Under the pieces are notes generated by a model that worked only from the letters and a program-made list of their open reading frames with translations, did no database searches and had not been told where the DNA came from. From Octopus sinensis (lineage: Eukaryota): DNA of 64,000 nucleotides. The DNA is taken from NCBI RefSeq assembly GCF_006345805.1, contig NC_043019.1, positions 24,117,360 through 24,181,359 on the forward strand, given 5' to 3'. Every line of letters starts with the position of its first letter. The stretch's first letter is position 1. Of the stretch, positions 10,330 to 24,866 are shown piece by piece. Position numbers and translations under genes: made by a program.

Positions 10330-13300
10330 GGAGCAAGGCTGTGAAGGAAAGCATCTTGTTTTGCACAACATCCTTTAAATCTTAAGGTTTTGATAATTTT
10401 TATAGTTCCAGATATCGTGATCACTTTTAGTGTATGAATTAAGGTTTTGCGTTTACTCTTGAAGAATCCAAGTTCACACATACTCTGCTCCAGACGGGTT
10501 AGTATGTATCCTGTCACTCCAGTAATAATATATATGAAACTAAAAATGTATGTTGGCTAGTGGATTTGCAAATACCTTATTAATGGTTCATAAATATCCC
10601 CTTTCACTTGTATTTTTCAAACCACATTGGTCTCCCCAGGGCAGATCATTTCCACAATAGAACGTAACTTTTCTTTGTGGTCCCACACAATAATATCTGG
10701 CTGCTTGTGTTCTAACTTGGTGGCTGTTTTAATATTTAGGTTCCACCAATATTCTTTTGAATATTCTTTCGAATCGTCAACTTCCTTTGTAGCTATTTTC
10801 TTTTTTGTTATCTCGTTATAGACCGACATGGCTACTGTATCACAGGAATGTCTGAAAGACATTTTCTTACAGTTGGCAATAATGTGATCGATGCCTTTAG
10901 TCTTGGTCTTGCACAGCCTACATGTCTGTCAAAGTTTTCTGCCTGTGGTGCTGTAGATACTTGGTAGGGATCTCTTGTTCTTGAATTGCATGGCGGTAGC
11001 CGTCAAAGTGGTATGTCATAAACTTGTTGGTGCTCCATGCTAAGCATATAACATGATCAATCCAGTACATTTTTCGTCTTATTCATGCTAAGTACCCTTG
11101 TACTGTCTTTACACTGAATTCGACCATATTTAAAAAAAATTTTTCTGATAAATAGATTTTACCAATGCTTCGTGGGGAGAGCCCTGTATCAGCTCTTATT
11201 TCATACGTATCCTCAATTTCATTAGCTATTCTAATTACGTCATTAATTTCTTTGACGTAAACTTAGGCGAGATAGTTACTAGTCTCTTTCCTCTGCTGCA
11301 GATGTTTTAGTGTCACAATACGTGCTTCGTATGACGTCAATACAGAATTGAGACTACGACTACCATCGTTGCGTGGGAAGTATAGACTGTCTACGACTTC
11401 ATTAATATTGAAATTTCCTGTTAAACTCAGCAACTTGCAAGTTCGAACATCTGTCTCATTGAGTTCTTGTAGTGACTAGTTCGGAAGGCCAAACATAGGT
11501 GTGAGGACGCACTGCAAAGGTCAGACAAATATAAGTGTAAGATATGTACTGCAATTTACTTGTAAGCTGAGCTCTGACGACCAATTTCTCTTCACACTTC
11601 TGAGGTTTTCATTCCTGGCCCTCTCCTTATTTATAGGACCATAATGTCTGACATTATCATCTTGTCCAAGTTACCTATAATTGTCACTTGATGTAGAGGT
11701 TGTATTGTTAAGCAGCTCATTTTAAGGTTTTCAGAGGAAGACACTATTTTCCGCGTCTTATTGTCAAAAATACACATTTTGATTCATCAACTTTCATTCC
11801 AATGTCTATGGAAAATTGGGTAATGAGTCGAGTTGATTTTTTTATATAGTTGATATAAAAATGATGATACTTCTGGATCCATTTCTGTGGCTACGATGTT
11901 TTGTGAGCAGGTGCGTTTAATGAGAGGACGAAGAGCAACGCCAATGGGCTATCATCCTAAAATATGTCTTTTTGATAGTGTTGTGTGGACGCCCCCAGAC
12001 TATGAAGTAGACTAGCCCAATACTTAGATATAGAGGGAGAAGTCTAGACGTCGAGTAGCAGAGTAGAGCGAGTAGAGGCATCCGAACGTGCGACATAACA
12101 GATAGTAAATGCTATCCGACTCAATTAGCTCCTTATCACTCCTAAGGAGCACAATGGTATACCAAGTCTTGGTTAGCCCGTTCAGTAGCACTCACTAATG
12201 ATTGTGGGACTTAGGCTAACTGATAATGCACCCATGTACGCTATCAAAAGCTTTCTATTAGTCCAACCGTACTACGGTTAAATTTCCGCGATATTTTACT
12301 GTTTTTCTTGGATTGTTTTATTAATTAATATCCCTTCTTTCCTCCACATTGATCAGATGCCATAATGCTGTTGGCAGAACAATGATTATGCAAGATCAGA
12401 GAGAAGCACCCAGTGTATTATATGTGCATGATGTTCTGACAGGTTATTGGGCGGTAATTTTTAGCATGGGTGGTTTGGCTATTCTTGGAATTGAGTAGAA
12501 TAGTTGTAGTTGCTAACCATTAGGGTAGCTCTCGTGTTCTCTTGATAATTTCTCCATACAACAGTATAAGAACTCGCCAACAAAAGGTATAATTGTACGG
12601 TCAGTGGTTTATTATGAGGTCTGGGACTGGCGATTTCCTGTTAGATATTTCCTGTAGAACAGTTTACAGTATTTCGTCCTCTATTTCATACTACTTTTGC
12701 TGGACATGCTGATAGCAGTCCTGCTCCAGTTCTTTTAGCAATATAGCTTGTTGTTGAATATTTGTTTCCCATACAGATCTCCAGTAGCCCCCAACCTGAT
12801 CTTTGCGGATGTGTCTTTTACAGAGATTGAGCCTTTTGCTCTGAAACCGCGATAAACTGACTTGGTATTTCTGGCAAATGATTTATTGAGCATTTTCTGT
12901 TTTATGTCGTAGATTTACATTTCAGTTTTTCAGCTGCAACTGTGAGTTGTTTAAGCTAGTGCAGTTTGGAGTTAGGTTTTTGAATCATGTAGCATGAAAT
13001 CGTCTCTCTAGTTTTTTTTTCTCTTTTTTGATTTTTTTTTATATCGTGTGAAATTGTTCTCTGTGTTACGTTTCATAACCACAATGATCTCTGAGATTCC
13101 TTTTTGCAGAAATAAAATTTAAGTTTTTAAGTTACGAGCCCATGTTTGTTCAAGCTTTCTGCTTGAATCTCGTTTTCGTGTCTTCAGCTCTTTGCGATAC
13201 ACTAGTAATGTAATAGCTAAGACATATATGAAAAGGTTAACGTTCTCGTAGATTGGTTTTATACCTCTAGACTGTGTGGTCTTCAGATATTTGTTTGCTA

Positions 13301-13490
13301 TTTCATTTACTGATTCTAACTCTAATTTACTACTTTCGTTACTTATACTAGTATTGTTTGACCTGTCATCCAGATCACTTATAAGGTGTCCACAAGGTTT
13401 TGGTGTTCTGTTTGTACAGAATAAGTATGGATTTCAACAAAATTGTTGGTGTGTTGGTTACTGTTAGCTAGATTCAGCTTGCCTTGTGTC
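10330..13490 (-). mobile_element. Long decayed R4-clade RLE retrotransposon (family distinct from the 30-64 kb ones)
   Basis: Minus-strand remnants in order: KAFDSV, IF*DDSPLALLFVLSLN, GPINKER..WSSEL, zinc knuckle CRLCKT..IDHII, RLE EYWWNLNIKTATKLEHKQPDIIVWD..IVEMICP. Confidence 0.8.
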
Positions 13491-13564
13491 AAAAATTGAA
13501 ATCTACATTTTGCATTTTGCCTTAATATGAGCAGTAGTTAAATAGTTTGAGTATCGGCCTAACT

Positions 13565-13775
13565 ATCACAATCACCATGTCCTGTGTATGTATGTATGTA
13601 TGTATGTATGTATGTATGTATGTATGTATGTATGCATGCATGCGTGTATGTATGTATGTATGTATGTATGCATGCATGCATGTATGTATATTATGTATGT
13701 ATGTATGTATGCATGCATGCATGCATGCGTGTATATATGTATGTATGTATGTATGTATGCATGCATGCATGCGTG

Positions 13776-13809
<34 letters not shown>

Positions 13810-13905
13810 TGTATGTATGTTTGTATGTACGTATGTATGTATGTATGTATGTATGTATGTATGTATGTATATATGTATGTATGTATGTATGTATGTACGT
13901 ACGTG
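13565..13905. repeat. ~340-bp (TATG)n array interrupted by (TGCA)n blocks
   Basis: Direct inspection. Confidence 0.95.
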
Positions 13906-14029
13906 TGAATGTTCAGTTAGATTTATCTTGGTTTTCCATTTTGGAGGTTATTTCTTGATGCCCTTTGGATATTAAGGTGATCGGTATTTTTTATTATGGT
14001 GTTATATAAATAAGAGTGTTTTAGCATTC

Positions 14030-14200
14030 ATTCACTCGAGTTGCTAAAAATAGCAACGAAGTATCCCTCAAATTTCAAAAATCACCTTAAAGAGGAGGAC
14101 ACATATACTGAAGTCCTAGACACTCCTAAAATCCTAGAGTTACCGTGCTAGTGTATCTTTGATCTTATTCTTGTTCAGTTCGGGATGACACTAACTAAAC
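14030..14200 (-). repeat. Unclassified dispersed repeat (shared with 16345-16620)
   Basis: Reverse complement TGAGGGATACTTCGTTGCTATTTTTAGCAACTCGAG matches TGAGGGATATTGGCTGCTATTTCTA at ~16350 and CTGCTATTTCTAGCAGGTCGAG at ~16565. Confidence 0.45.
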
Positions 14201-14559
14201 TATAATAACTATGTTATTACAAATAGTCAATGAAACGTAACTGATATTTTATCGCGATGTTAGTTTTAAAGTCTATTTTGAGGTTGCATCTCAACAAATG
14301 CAAAAAGTCATTATAATGCCAAGTCTCTGCTAACCATATTGTAAATATTTAGAACTGACTTTATTGTGAATTAGATTTCGTCATGATATACCAAAGAGGA
14401 TACGCAACTTCTTACAGTGAAAATAATTCAGCTTTTCATTCCTATACACAACCATTACAAAAAAGTATTTGGGCTTGTAGAATTGAAATTTAGATTCAAC
14501 GAAATCTTTTCGTGCTTGATGTAAAGACCGTATGGATTCTCGACAACTCTCTTTTTCAC

Positions 14560-15000
14560 AGTTTTAGTAGAAAATCTTGCCGTCTTCGGCTTTACATACA
14601 AGAGTCAGTCTGTGAGTATTTCAATAGTTTTTTCTTTGTTGTTTATAATCCTGATTTATCCATAAATAATAATCTCTGGGCTAGTTATATATAACTCAAA
14701 CCAGCAGCACCGTAAAAACGTTGAGGCTTATATAACACTATAGAATAGGCTGTTATTTATGACACTAGATCGGAAAAAGACATTAAACAACCTTTTGCTC
14801 GAAACGATTAAACCACTTTTGAATTCCGGCAGCGTACAAATGATAAGACTCCTGCTTGCTTACGCGGAAAGAATGCGGGGGTGGGAAATTATCACATAAC
14901 ACCGTTTACACAACGATTATTTTCACCGGTTCTCTTCATGGTGTATCTTGAAGAAGTGTTTGGTAATCTGAGAACAGTAGTGAGCAAAAATACCAACAAT
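14560..15000 (+). mobile_element. Decayed non-LTR RT fragment (tentative, RTE-group-like)
   Basis: Remnants VQMIRLLLAY and PVLFMVYLEEVFGNLR resemble the region around the RT PQG..SP motif. Confidence 0.3.
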
Positions 15001-15820
15001 ACTTTATCAACAATTTCAAATATTCAAATCATATATATTTTGTTTGTATGAACAGGTATGCTTCTTTAATAAATAGATGTGTTTTTGAAATGTCTCATGC
15101 TTCGTAAATCTTTCAACTCACGTAAAGTTAAGGGCTTTTGATTTCAAATATCTCATTGGAACTCGCAATTGCTATTACTTCCAGTGTTTTTCAACGATAA
15201 TAAGTTTAATACTATGATTATATTTAATCCTTATTTAATTGAATGAGCAAAATAACAGTATCATACACTAACTGATTTACTTATTTTAATCTTTCCAGAA
15301 AGTCCGCCACGGTGAGAAATGCATTCAGAAGTGACGGACGCAAATGCCTTTAGTTTACAGTGTCATTGTCTCGGTCAAACCCTGCTGTATAACAAACTTT
15401 CTTCCTTACAAAGATATTACGTAGGAGACAAACGTAATTCAAAGACAATATGTTGTTCTAAATCGTAAATTTCGAGAAGCATTAGTAGGAAACCAATGTA
15501 AATGTTCTTGATGATCAGTCTTTGTATATTTTTAAATGGAAAATAAAGTTTGCATATTGTAAATATTTAAAAATTTACATATAGAAATTACATAAGGAAT
15601 TATCTTGATAATTACTAAAAATAATTATCTGATAGCGGAAAACTTAGTGCGAAAAGACAGTTTGGCACCAACTGAAGTATATAATGATTTTAACTTTTTT
15701 TCTAAATTCTCAGAATGAAACTTCATTTATGTTTATTAAAGAAATGCAAGATTTTTAAATAAGTGTATACAATTGTTACTATTTACATTTGTTCATGCAA
15801 TCTAACAATACTTTCTACTA

Positions 15821-16023
15821 AAAGAACAAGGCCTGAAATTTGGCGGTAGGAAACTAGTTAATTACATCGAACCCAGTGTTTAACTGGTAGTTAATTTATC
15901 GATCCCCGAAAGAATGAAAGGATAAGTCGACCTCGGTGGAATTTGAACTCAGAACGTAGCAACGGACGAAATGCCGCTAAGCACTATGCCAAGCGCACTA
16001 ACAATTCTGCCAGTGTGCTGCCT
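15821..16023 (-). mobile_element. SINE family 1 copy
   Basis: TTATCGATCCCCGAAAGAATGAAAGGATAAGTCGACCTCGGTGGAATTTGAACTCAGAAC core and head. Confidence 0.85.
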
Positions 16024-16344
16024 TGTATGCTACCTAATAATAAGATAATACCGAATTAGGATTTTAAAGATTTAAAACATATGAACGATCACAATATAAC
16101 ACATCATCTTAACAATGATAAATATGTATATGAGGGCACATTTATATAAAATTTAGTTTCAGTAAAACAAAATATAGAAATAAATATAGATCTAATAAGC
16201 AGACAATATATTTGCATCACGTTGTACATTACTTATATTGGCTATCAATAACTGTTGCTGTTGTTTAGCAGTGATCATCCTTTCTCTTTCAGACATCTTG
16301 AACTTCATTATCAAATGTATCTTTTCTTTTTTTAAGAGTGGAGT

Positions 16345-16620
16345 ACAATTTGAGGGATATTGGCTGCTATTTCTACTAGACCGGGCGACCATAGAGAGAA
16401 AACCTTGGTTGTTGCTTAACGCAAGGGGATCCCTTATCGTGAAGACATATGATCATAGGTATTCCCGTAGTGACCACAGTCTGCTTCACAGCCACCATGC
16501 ACCTAGAATCACATCATCCAATATGTCCTTTTTAAAAAGGTAGGGACTAATTTAAGAAATTTGTCTGCTATTTCTAGCAGGTCGAGCGACCAATGCATAG
16601 TCCTCTTTATTGGTGTATTG
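16345..16620 (+). repeat. Unclassified dispersed repeat, one partial plus one longer copy
   Basis: GCTGCTATTTCTA..(G)CGACCA occurs at ~16365 and ~16570; related to 14030-14200. Confidence 0.45.
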
Positions 16621-18589
16621 TTGGTAGCATATTTTGAAAATTTGATTTGCCTTGTACCGTATATTCATAATTTCCCATCCATATAACTGCACATATTTTT
16701 TAACGCGTGATTATTATAACTGGTAGTAAAATGGATATACATAATTAAATCTTTAGACATTTTTGAGAAAATATTAAGTTTCTGATATAAAGTTTATGAA
16801 CATAAGTGTCACTTTAGTAAGTAATCAAACACTTGAGCATTATGCAATTAGTTATTTGTTATTAAATATTAACAGTAGTTTTAATATTCATAGTCTTCTA
16901 TGAAGTATGAATAAATAAGAAAAGAAAATGAGGAAGAACGTTAGTTCACAATGTGTTTCAGTAATTATTGAAACGAAGGTTGATGTAAAAGTATACAGCA
17001 CGTAGAGATAATAATAGAGGGAACAGGATACAATTCAACATGGTAGTGGCAGTGAAAGCAAAGAGAGCTAGCTTACACATTAGCACCCAAACACACAAAT
17101 ATGTATTCAAAGTAGTAACGGGAAAGCTAAAACGAAAGAGCTATAGAACTTAAGAGGAGGGAGTAGTCCTTATAAGCTCAAGGGATTACCATATTGCTGA
17201 AATGCCTTCGTATTATAAGGGTGTTCTAATGGCTGATCACACGTTTAGGCGGCATACCGAGGTTCGGTAGATATGGCTTACTTTCATAAATGAATCTTTT
17301 ACACTGTGAAGATCTTACTCATTCCGGACGCTTGTCACATCCGTTCGCTAGTTCGTTCTCTCTAATGAGGCACTTTTAAATATAACTTACTTTGTTTTAT
17401 TCACTTATAATTTCGTTTATACATAAATATTTAAGCATTAAATTTGCATGCGATGGTTTAAAGGGAGAAAATATTTATTGGCAGTGTCATTTTTGTGCAT
17501 GTGTCTGCACATAAATGACTGCACTCATTTCTATTTATGAAAACACACAGCAACATATTCAAATATACCCTCTTATAATTATTTACCTTATATTGATAAT
17601 AAACCTAAAGTATTAGTTTGCTGAGGTTGAACACATTTTGCAATGTATGAAATAATGAACTTAAAGAATGGAATGTATTTATGAGATGACCTCAATAGAT
17701 ACAGTTATCTTGTTTGGGAAAGTTACTCATTTTAATATATAATCACATATACGTAACATTTATTTATTTCATCTCACACGTTAAAGGTACTATCTATTAT
17801 TCCTTTTCATAATCTATACCATTGTATTAACATTTCGATATATTTTTTCTGAAATTGTCAATATTAGTTTATGCTGTTTAATCAGTTTCAAGAAATAAAA
17901 GAGCATTATGAATTTCGTTGTAATTATTTCGCATTAACATCAAATGAAATTATCCATAACTTTATTTACAATTTTCTATTTTCTAATACTTTTCAAAAAT
18001 GCGTACAGATTATACTATTTATGATTCTGTACAGATATTATATCATACTACCATTATACCATTTTAATTAAAAACTATCCAACAGATAATTTTACTTTGC
18101 AAAGATGTCCCACACAAAACTAATATACATAGTAGCAGCAACTTCCAGTACACAAGGGGTAGATTTTTTCTACGTGGACGCTTGCAATCAAAACAGCATC
18201 ATGTGTATTTCTACTGAACAAAACTTTTGGCGTCCTGTATTATACAGCCCAACTTTACATCAGCTTTAATACAATAGTAATGCTTTCCACAATATTATAT
18301 AATTCTTTATAATAGGAAAAATATATTGTATAAGTTTAAAAAAATACAGTCTTGTTATATACTTCCCTCCCTATTTCTTACAAGTCAAAAACTGCTTTAC
18401 ATCAAGAGCAAAATACAAAATACTGTCACAGCACCCTCACCACAATTATATACTTTGATGTAACCGTCAAAGTGTGCCCCACTCAAACTTGACTTTTTAT
18501 TCCTATCCATACACATAATTGAATGCTTCATATTTCTTTTCTCCTCCCTAACTGTGTGAAACATCTGTTAATATAGTATATGCTTACAA

Positions 18590-19433
18590 TGATTATATAT
18601 GCGTGGATATATGTATATGTGTGTGTACATCTATATATCTATATATCTATCTATGTATATATATATATGTGTGTGTTCGTGTGTGTATGTATATATATGT
18701 GTATATGTGTGTACATATATACATATACAAACACACATATATATATCTATACACACACACACACGCGTGCACACACACATATATATATACTATATATATG
18801 ATATAATATATATATATATTTCTCGCTTTGTACTTGTTATTTACGCCTTTATAGGGATATAGATAGACAGATAGATGAACAGACGAATGAACGAACGGGG
18901 AAATAGATGTCTGAAAGAAGCTGATATTACATTCATACACACATATACGCATATACATGTATGCATGTGAATGTATATTCTTACACAGTGAATAAGCTTC
19001 AGAAATACAAAATCTGCAACAAAATATCTGAAAGGAATGAGTTGGCTAAGGGAAAAGAAATTGAAGCTATTAAAAAAGTTCGATTTTGCTTTCCATCAGC
19101 ACTAAAGTACTACTTTATTTTTCAGGTAGGTTGGCATAACACATTTGTTAATTAATGTAACATACAGTATTTTGTTGTGATGTTTCTTAGCACATTCAGT
19201 ATTTTGCCGCTTTCACACATGTCTAGAAATACATGCATTACGATCCGCGCATAATTTATTTCATTGTTTCTATGCAGTTTTCTTCGTCAATAACCAATAA
19301 CATGAAATTAACTGTCAAAGTACATTTAATAAAACCAATTTTCAAATTATCATCATGTATTTCTACTTTAGCACAATTACCAATATATGTAATTGCTATT
19401 ATCCTGTCATACATACATACATACATACATACA

Positions 19434-19467
<34 letters not shown>

Positions 19468-19479
19468 CATACATATATG

Positions 19480-19556
<77 letters not shown>

Positions 19557-20272
19557 GTAAATATACATATATATATATATAGACACACACATATATGTGT
19601 GCATGTGTTTATATAAACATATATTATTTAATATATATATATATATATATAACACATATATATATATACATATATATCAGATGCATACGTGATACATACC
19701 CCCACACACACACACGCACGCACGCACTCACACACATAATATTCTTATACCAGTTTGAGACCTTTAGGACTGGCCATGCTGGAACACAGCCATTTTTATT
19801 TATGAAGTGGAATACTGTAAATGTTTCAGCAATCAAAATGAAATATACATAATAAAGTAAGAGGGCATAAAGTGTAATATAAAAGGGTGTAATATCTTAT
19901 ATACTTGTAACACATGCTCTATATTTATAAATATGTATATGTATGTGTGAGTGTGTGAGTGTTCGCACGTGTGTGTGCATGTGTATTGTGTGCGTGTGTA
20001 TTCGTTCGAAATGTATTCGCTTGCACAGTAACTCAGAGTTTATCGTTGAGTGCGCGGCAACAAAAATCGTATTTTCGTGTTGCAAATTTTGTCTCACTTT
20101 ATATCGTTTGAAAGGATACAGGCAGGAAGACATTCTGATTAACAGTGGAGTAAATCAATTTCAAACGAAAGCATATCCTCTGCCATATGCATTGGGGATT
20201 TTCTTCTCATTGAATATCTGATTGCAAACACATACAGACACACACCCGAACACACACACGCACGCACACACA

Positions 20273-20311
<39 letters not shown>

Positions 20312-20340
20312 CACATATATATATATAGAGAGAGACAAGG
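18590..20340. repeat. Cluster of (TA)n, (CA)n, (CATA)n, (GA)n microsatellites
   Basis: Tracts at ~18590-18960, 19408-19740, 19930-20000 and 20228-20340. Confidence 0.9.
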
Positions 20341-22704
20341 AAAGAAGAGGAGAGAAGGAAGGATAAAGAAGAGGGAAGGGATTGTTAGGTGTATGTATAT
20401 CAGTATATATGTACACATAAGCCTTCTCCATATATAAGAATATGGATGTTTGATTTTGCAATAACTCATTAGATTTATATGATAATTATTTCTGACATTA
20501 CTATAAAGGCAAACATTTTCTCTTGGGGATTATAATCGGATAGCTAGAACTGAAACATGGCTGATACTTCCTCAATGACGAAATATAAATTCAAAAGACC
20601 AAGTGGATTTGAACCCAGAAAATAAAGGGACGTAACTGCCCAGTATTTTGTTTGTTTCCCCATTTCCCCTCAAACCCCATTTTATTCAATATAAACTTGG
20701 AACATAACGAAATTTGACCTTATACTTATTGTCCTGTATGCATACATGATGAACAGTTAGTTAAAGGTTAAAAATTAATGATACATTAAAAAAAAATTTA
20801 CTGATATATATACATATATATATATGCGCATACAAGTGCATACAGATATATATGCACATACATGCACATATAAATATATATGTGCATGTGTGTGTATGTG
20901 TGTGTTTTATTTACAAATTTATACAATAGAGTATTCGTGAGTTAGTGGAAAACGCTTATTCTGATCATTTTAGGACGGAATCTTTTAAATAAAATTCGTC
21001 GATTATTCGTATTAAGCGGAGGATATAAAGGAAAATATTCTCATCATGATTGGGACTCTAAATTTGGTAGAAATAACACTTTCCATAATATTTCGTTTTG
21101 TTTCATTTGCCACTGACTTGGATTTGAAAAATACGTACAAAGAAGTTCCACAAAAATTTAAAATAACATAAACTCTTTCTACTTTGTTTGAATCTGTGAT
21201 ATTGATGCAACGATATAGTCAAACATTGGCAATGAATCAAATTTATTTCTGTATTTTTAATCTTCCACTGTCTAACTTTTTCACACATGCCTGTGAATCA
21301 CATGTTTTCCTTCCTGACTTTTTCTCTTCATTCATATTTCTTTTACTTTCATAGTTCTCTCTCTCTCTCTCACTCTTTTCTCACTCTTTATGTCGTTGTC
21401 GGATATATACCGCTGTATTAATCTATTGATTTACTATTTCAGGCTCCGTGCCTATAGTAGAAAGAATTAATGCAAATTTTTTATGCAATTAATGATCGTT
21501 TTACAACATATTCCATTCCACAGACACAAATGCATACAGATTTACGCGTGCCTGTGTATGTGTATTTGCATCTTGAGCAAATTTCTATTATCATAGTCTC
21601 GAGAAGACCCAAGCCTTGTGAGTGAAATTAAGTAGATGAAATATGTAGAACCCTGCAAGATAGACTGTATTTGATACTTCAGCGATGCAGCAATCTCGTA
21701 AAAGAGCCCATCTTATTGTACCAGAAAATTATAAGGATTCAAGAATCTCTGATTTACCAAAACACAAACGAGCGCGTACAACCCCATCTACACGTTTTCT
21801 CCCTCTCTCTCACTCACTCTCTCTCTCTCTGTGATATATTCACGTATACATACAGCCTATTGTCTAAAAATATTTTTTATTGCATCTTCAGTCACTGGAT
21901 TACCGCCATTCTGAAGATGTACCTTCAAATGTTTTAGTCAATTAAGTAGACCATCAATACTTACTTCGGCTAGCATTTATTTTATAGTTGTCTAATTATC
22001 GAATCACCAAATTACATTTTTTGAACGCTACACTAGTTTTTACAAGTTCTTTGTAAAGTAACTACTCAATAATGCACATTCACATATATGCACACACTTA
22101 TAGCTGTGTAAAAAGTACTGTGTATGCAGGTTTAAATTAAGAGAGATATATAGTACAGTTTTTATAATCCTTATCACTAATTTTCCATGATAAATTGTTT
22201 ATATAGCTTATAGGCAATATCTCAAAACAAAGTAACTATTTTAAAAACTGTAAAAACTGTTTTCTTCGTTTGGAGACCGTTTGTGACATAAAATCTGTAC
22301 GCATGTTTCTATTCGAAGTTTCTAATGGGAAAAGTTCTACAATTTACCTTTTTGTTGATTTCCAGACTACGTTTGAATGGTGGAGTTTGTGCCGAAATAT
22401 CAGCTATAAATTATATATGAAAGCAATTATGTAAAGTGATTAACATATATCGTTAGAATTGCACTGTATAAGATTATTCATTAAATTAGTATCAGATATA
22501 GGTGGATATACAAGCACTACTCACACCGCCCATATATATACTGTATGGTAGAGTTTAAGACATGAAAATATACAGTCACTTTCAACTGTGTATCAGCAGA
22601 TTATGAGCGGCGTGACCCCATCGTGGTACTATCGATGTATACTTAACAAGCGGCGTTCTCAGGCTCACTGCCTTAGCCACGAAACATAATGTCTTCATTA
22701 TACA

Positions 22705-22705
22705 C

Positions 22706-22753
<48 letters not shown>

Positions 22754-22816
22754 ATATATAATATATATATATATATATTTATATACACATACGTACACAT
22801 ACATACATATATATAT

Positions 22817-22848
<32 letters not shown>

Positions 22849-22898
22849 TGTATATATATATATATATGTATATATGTATATATATATGTATATATGTA

Positions 22899-22958
<60 letters not shown>

Positions 22959-22983
22959 TATATATGTATATATGTATGTGTAT

Positions 22984-23017
<34 letters not shown>

Positions 23018-23020
23018 GTC
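22705..23020. repeat. Long (TA)n-based microsatellite
   Basis: Direct inspection. Confidence 0.95.
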
Positions 23021-23032
23021 TTCTACATGCCG

Positions 23033-23222
23033 ATGCTGTGTCACTCACCATCACTTGACATCCAATGCTGGTGTGCTTACGTCCTCATAACTTAGCAGTT
23101 CGGCAAAAGAGACCGGTAGAATAAGTACTAGGCTTACAAAGAATAAGTCCTGGTGTCGATTTGCTCGACTAAAAGGCGGTGCTCCAGCATGGCCGCAGTT
23201 AAATGACTGAAACTAGTAAAAG
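23033..23222 (+). mobile_element. 3' half of SINE family 2
   Basis: AACTTAGCAGTTCGGCAAAAGAGACCGGTAGAATAAGTACTAGGC...GGCGGTGCTCCAGCATGGCCGCAG; reverse complement of 2103-2240. Confidence 0.8.
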
Positions 23223-23414
23223 AATATATGTATGTATCTGAGTATGTATATATGTGTGTGTGTGTGTGTGTGTGAATACATACATACATGCATACATACA
23301 TACATACATACATACATACATACATACATACATACATACCTACATACATACATACAGGTATAGGTATACGTATGCATACACACTTATACTCCACACGCAG
23401 AAATATATATCATA

Positions 23415-23786
23415 CAGTGTTCCAAAAGTCAATGACTCGCCCGCATTTTTTCTTGTGAGGATACCTGAAAAAAAAAAAGGGTTTACGTCAACAGACCGGT
23501 GGAAATGAAGGAGGACATCAATAGAGAAATCAGAGAAGTGGGGTCTGAAACTCTTGAGGGTGTTATGGTGCAAGTTTTGAAAAGAGCACGGGCGTACAAA
23601 GGCGAAAATGGCTGGCATTTAAGCGATGTCATTTTTCATATGTGATGTAGTGGTGTTGCAAATTTCACTTATGCGTATCAATTTCCTTTATTTTCTTTAT
23701 ATTTTATCAAAATTTCATGTATTTATTTGTAAAGTTGAGGAAGTTATTAAAAATTAAAACCCATCACTAACTTTTGGGACACTCTG
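23415..23786 (+). mobile_element. Tc1/mariner-superfamily deletion derivative (372 bp) retaining the transposase C-terminus
   Basis: Imperfect TIRs CAGTGTTCCAAAAGTCAATGA / TCACTAACTTTTGGGACACTCTG with flanking TA; peptide GYLK..VYVNRP..EDINREIREV..ENGWHLSDVIF. Confidence 0.75.
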
Positions 23787-24220
23787 TATATGTGTATGTG
23801 TACGTGTATGTGTATGTATGAAATAATGTTTTCCTCTGTGTGTGTATGTATGTGTGTGTAATGAAGTCAAACGAAGTAGTAATATTTTGAATGCGTTTAA
23901 TATGTACGATTCAAATCATTGCGCAATAGTTTAAAATCTTACGCCAAATCTTCCTCAGTTAAGACATCAAAATATGAACAAAATAGTGAAATTCACCCTT
24001 TATATATGGTCGGAATCGTTGAAATCTCTTAGTAGATGAGGAGAGGTATGTATGTATCCGTGCGTGTGTGTGTGTATGTGCGTGTGTGTGTGCGTGTGTG
24101 TGTGTATGTATTACACATGTATAATTACGTATAAATGCAGGAACACACCCGCGCGTGCACACTCACACACATACAAACACGCGAGTGCACGCACAAACAC
24201 TAACACACACACACACAACT

Positions 24221-24331
24221 TGGTTCCGGATTCAACCCTACTGCATTTTGGGCATACGTCTTCTACTGCCTCGGGCCGACCAAACCTTGTGAGTGAATTT
24301 GGCATACGGAAACTGAGAGAAGCCCGTCGTA
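24221..24331 (+). mobile_element. 5' half of SINE family 2 running into (CATA)n
   Basis: GGTTCCGGATTCAACCC B-box-like head ... GAGAAGCCCGTCGTATACATACATAC. Confidence 0.75.
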
Positions 24332-24390
24332 TACATACATACATACATACATACATACATACATACATACATACATACATAATGCATACA

Positions 24391-24448
<58 letters not shown>

Positions 24449-24866
24449 CATATACAGAGAAGGAGACAAAGTGAGAGAGGGATGGATGGATGGATGGAAG
24501 GAGGGAAGGGTGGTAGAAACTCCACGGACAGAATCTTACGCAGCAAAGAACGAGATACCATCTAGATGTTTCGGTGACTGTAGTACACCATCGTTTAACT
24601 AGAAATAGTTACTCGTTTAGCCACCCAAAACTTGACAGATGTTATCGTCATAAATAATTGATAAATATAAATCATCCAAGAGCGATTAATGAACCAAGAC
24701 CACGAAAATAACCTTCGAGTGTTCTCACCTGGGAAGCTTGAATATATATCAAACCTTATATCGTTGATGAATACACATAAGCTGAAGTATTACAATGTTA
24801 GTCTCTCTATGAGAATATGTTAACCACTGAAGGTGCACGACAATTTGGAGTGCTAGTTTATGTTTT

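Noticed and set aside
9985-24561. Many track ORFs rich in YVCM, HTHT, IYIY repeats
   Set aside because: They are translations of (TATG)n, (CA)n and (TA)n microsatellites that are open by composition; no coding signal.
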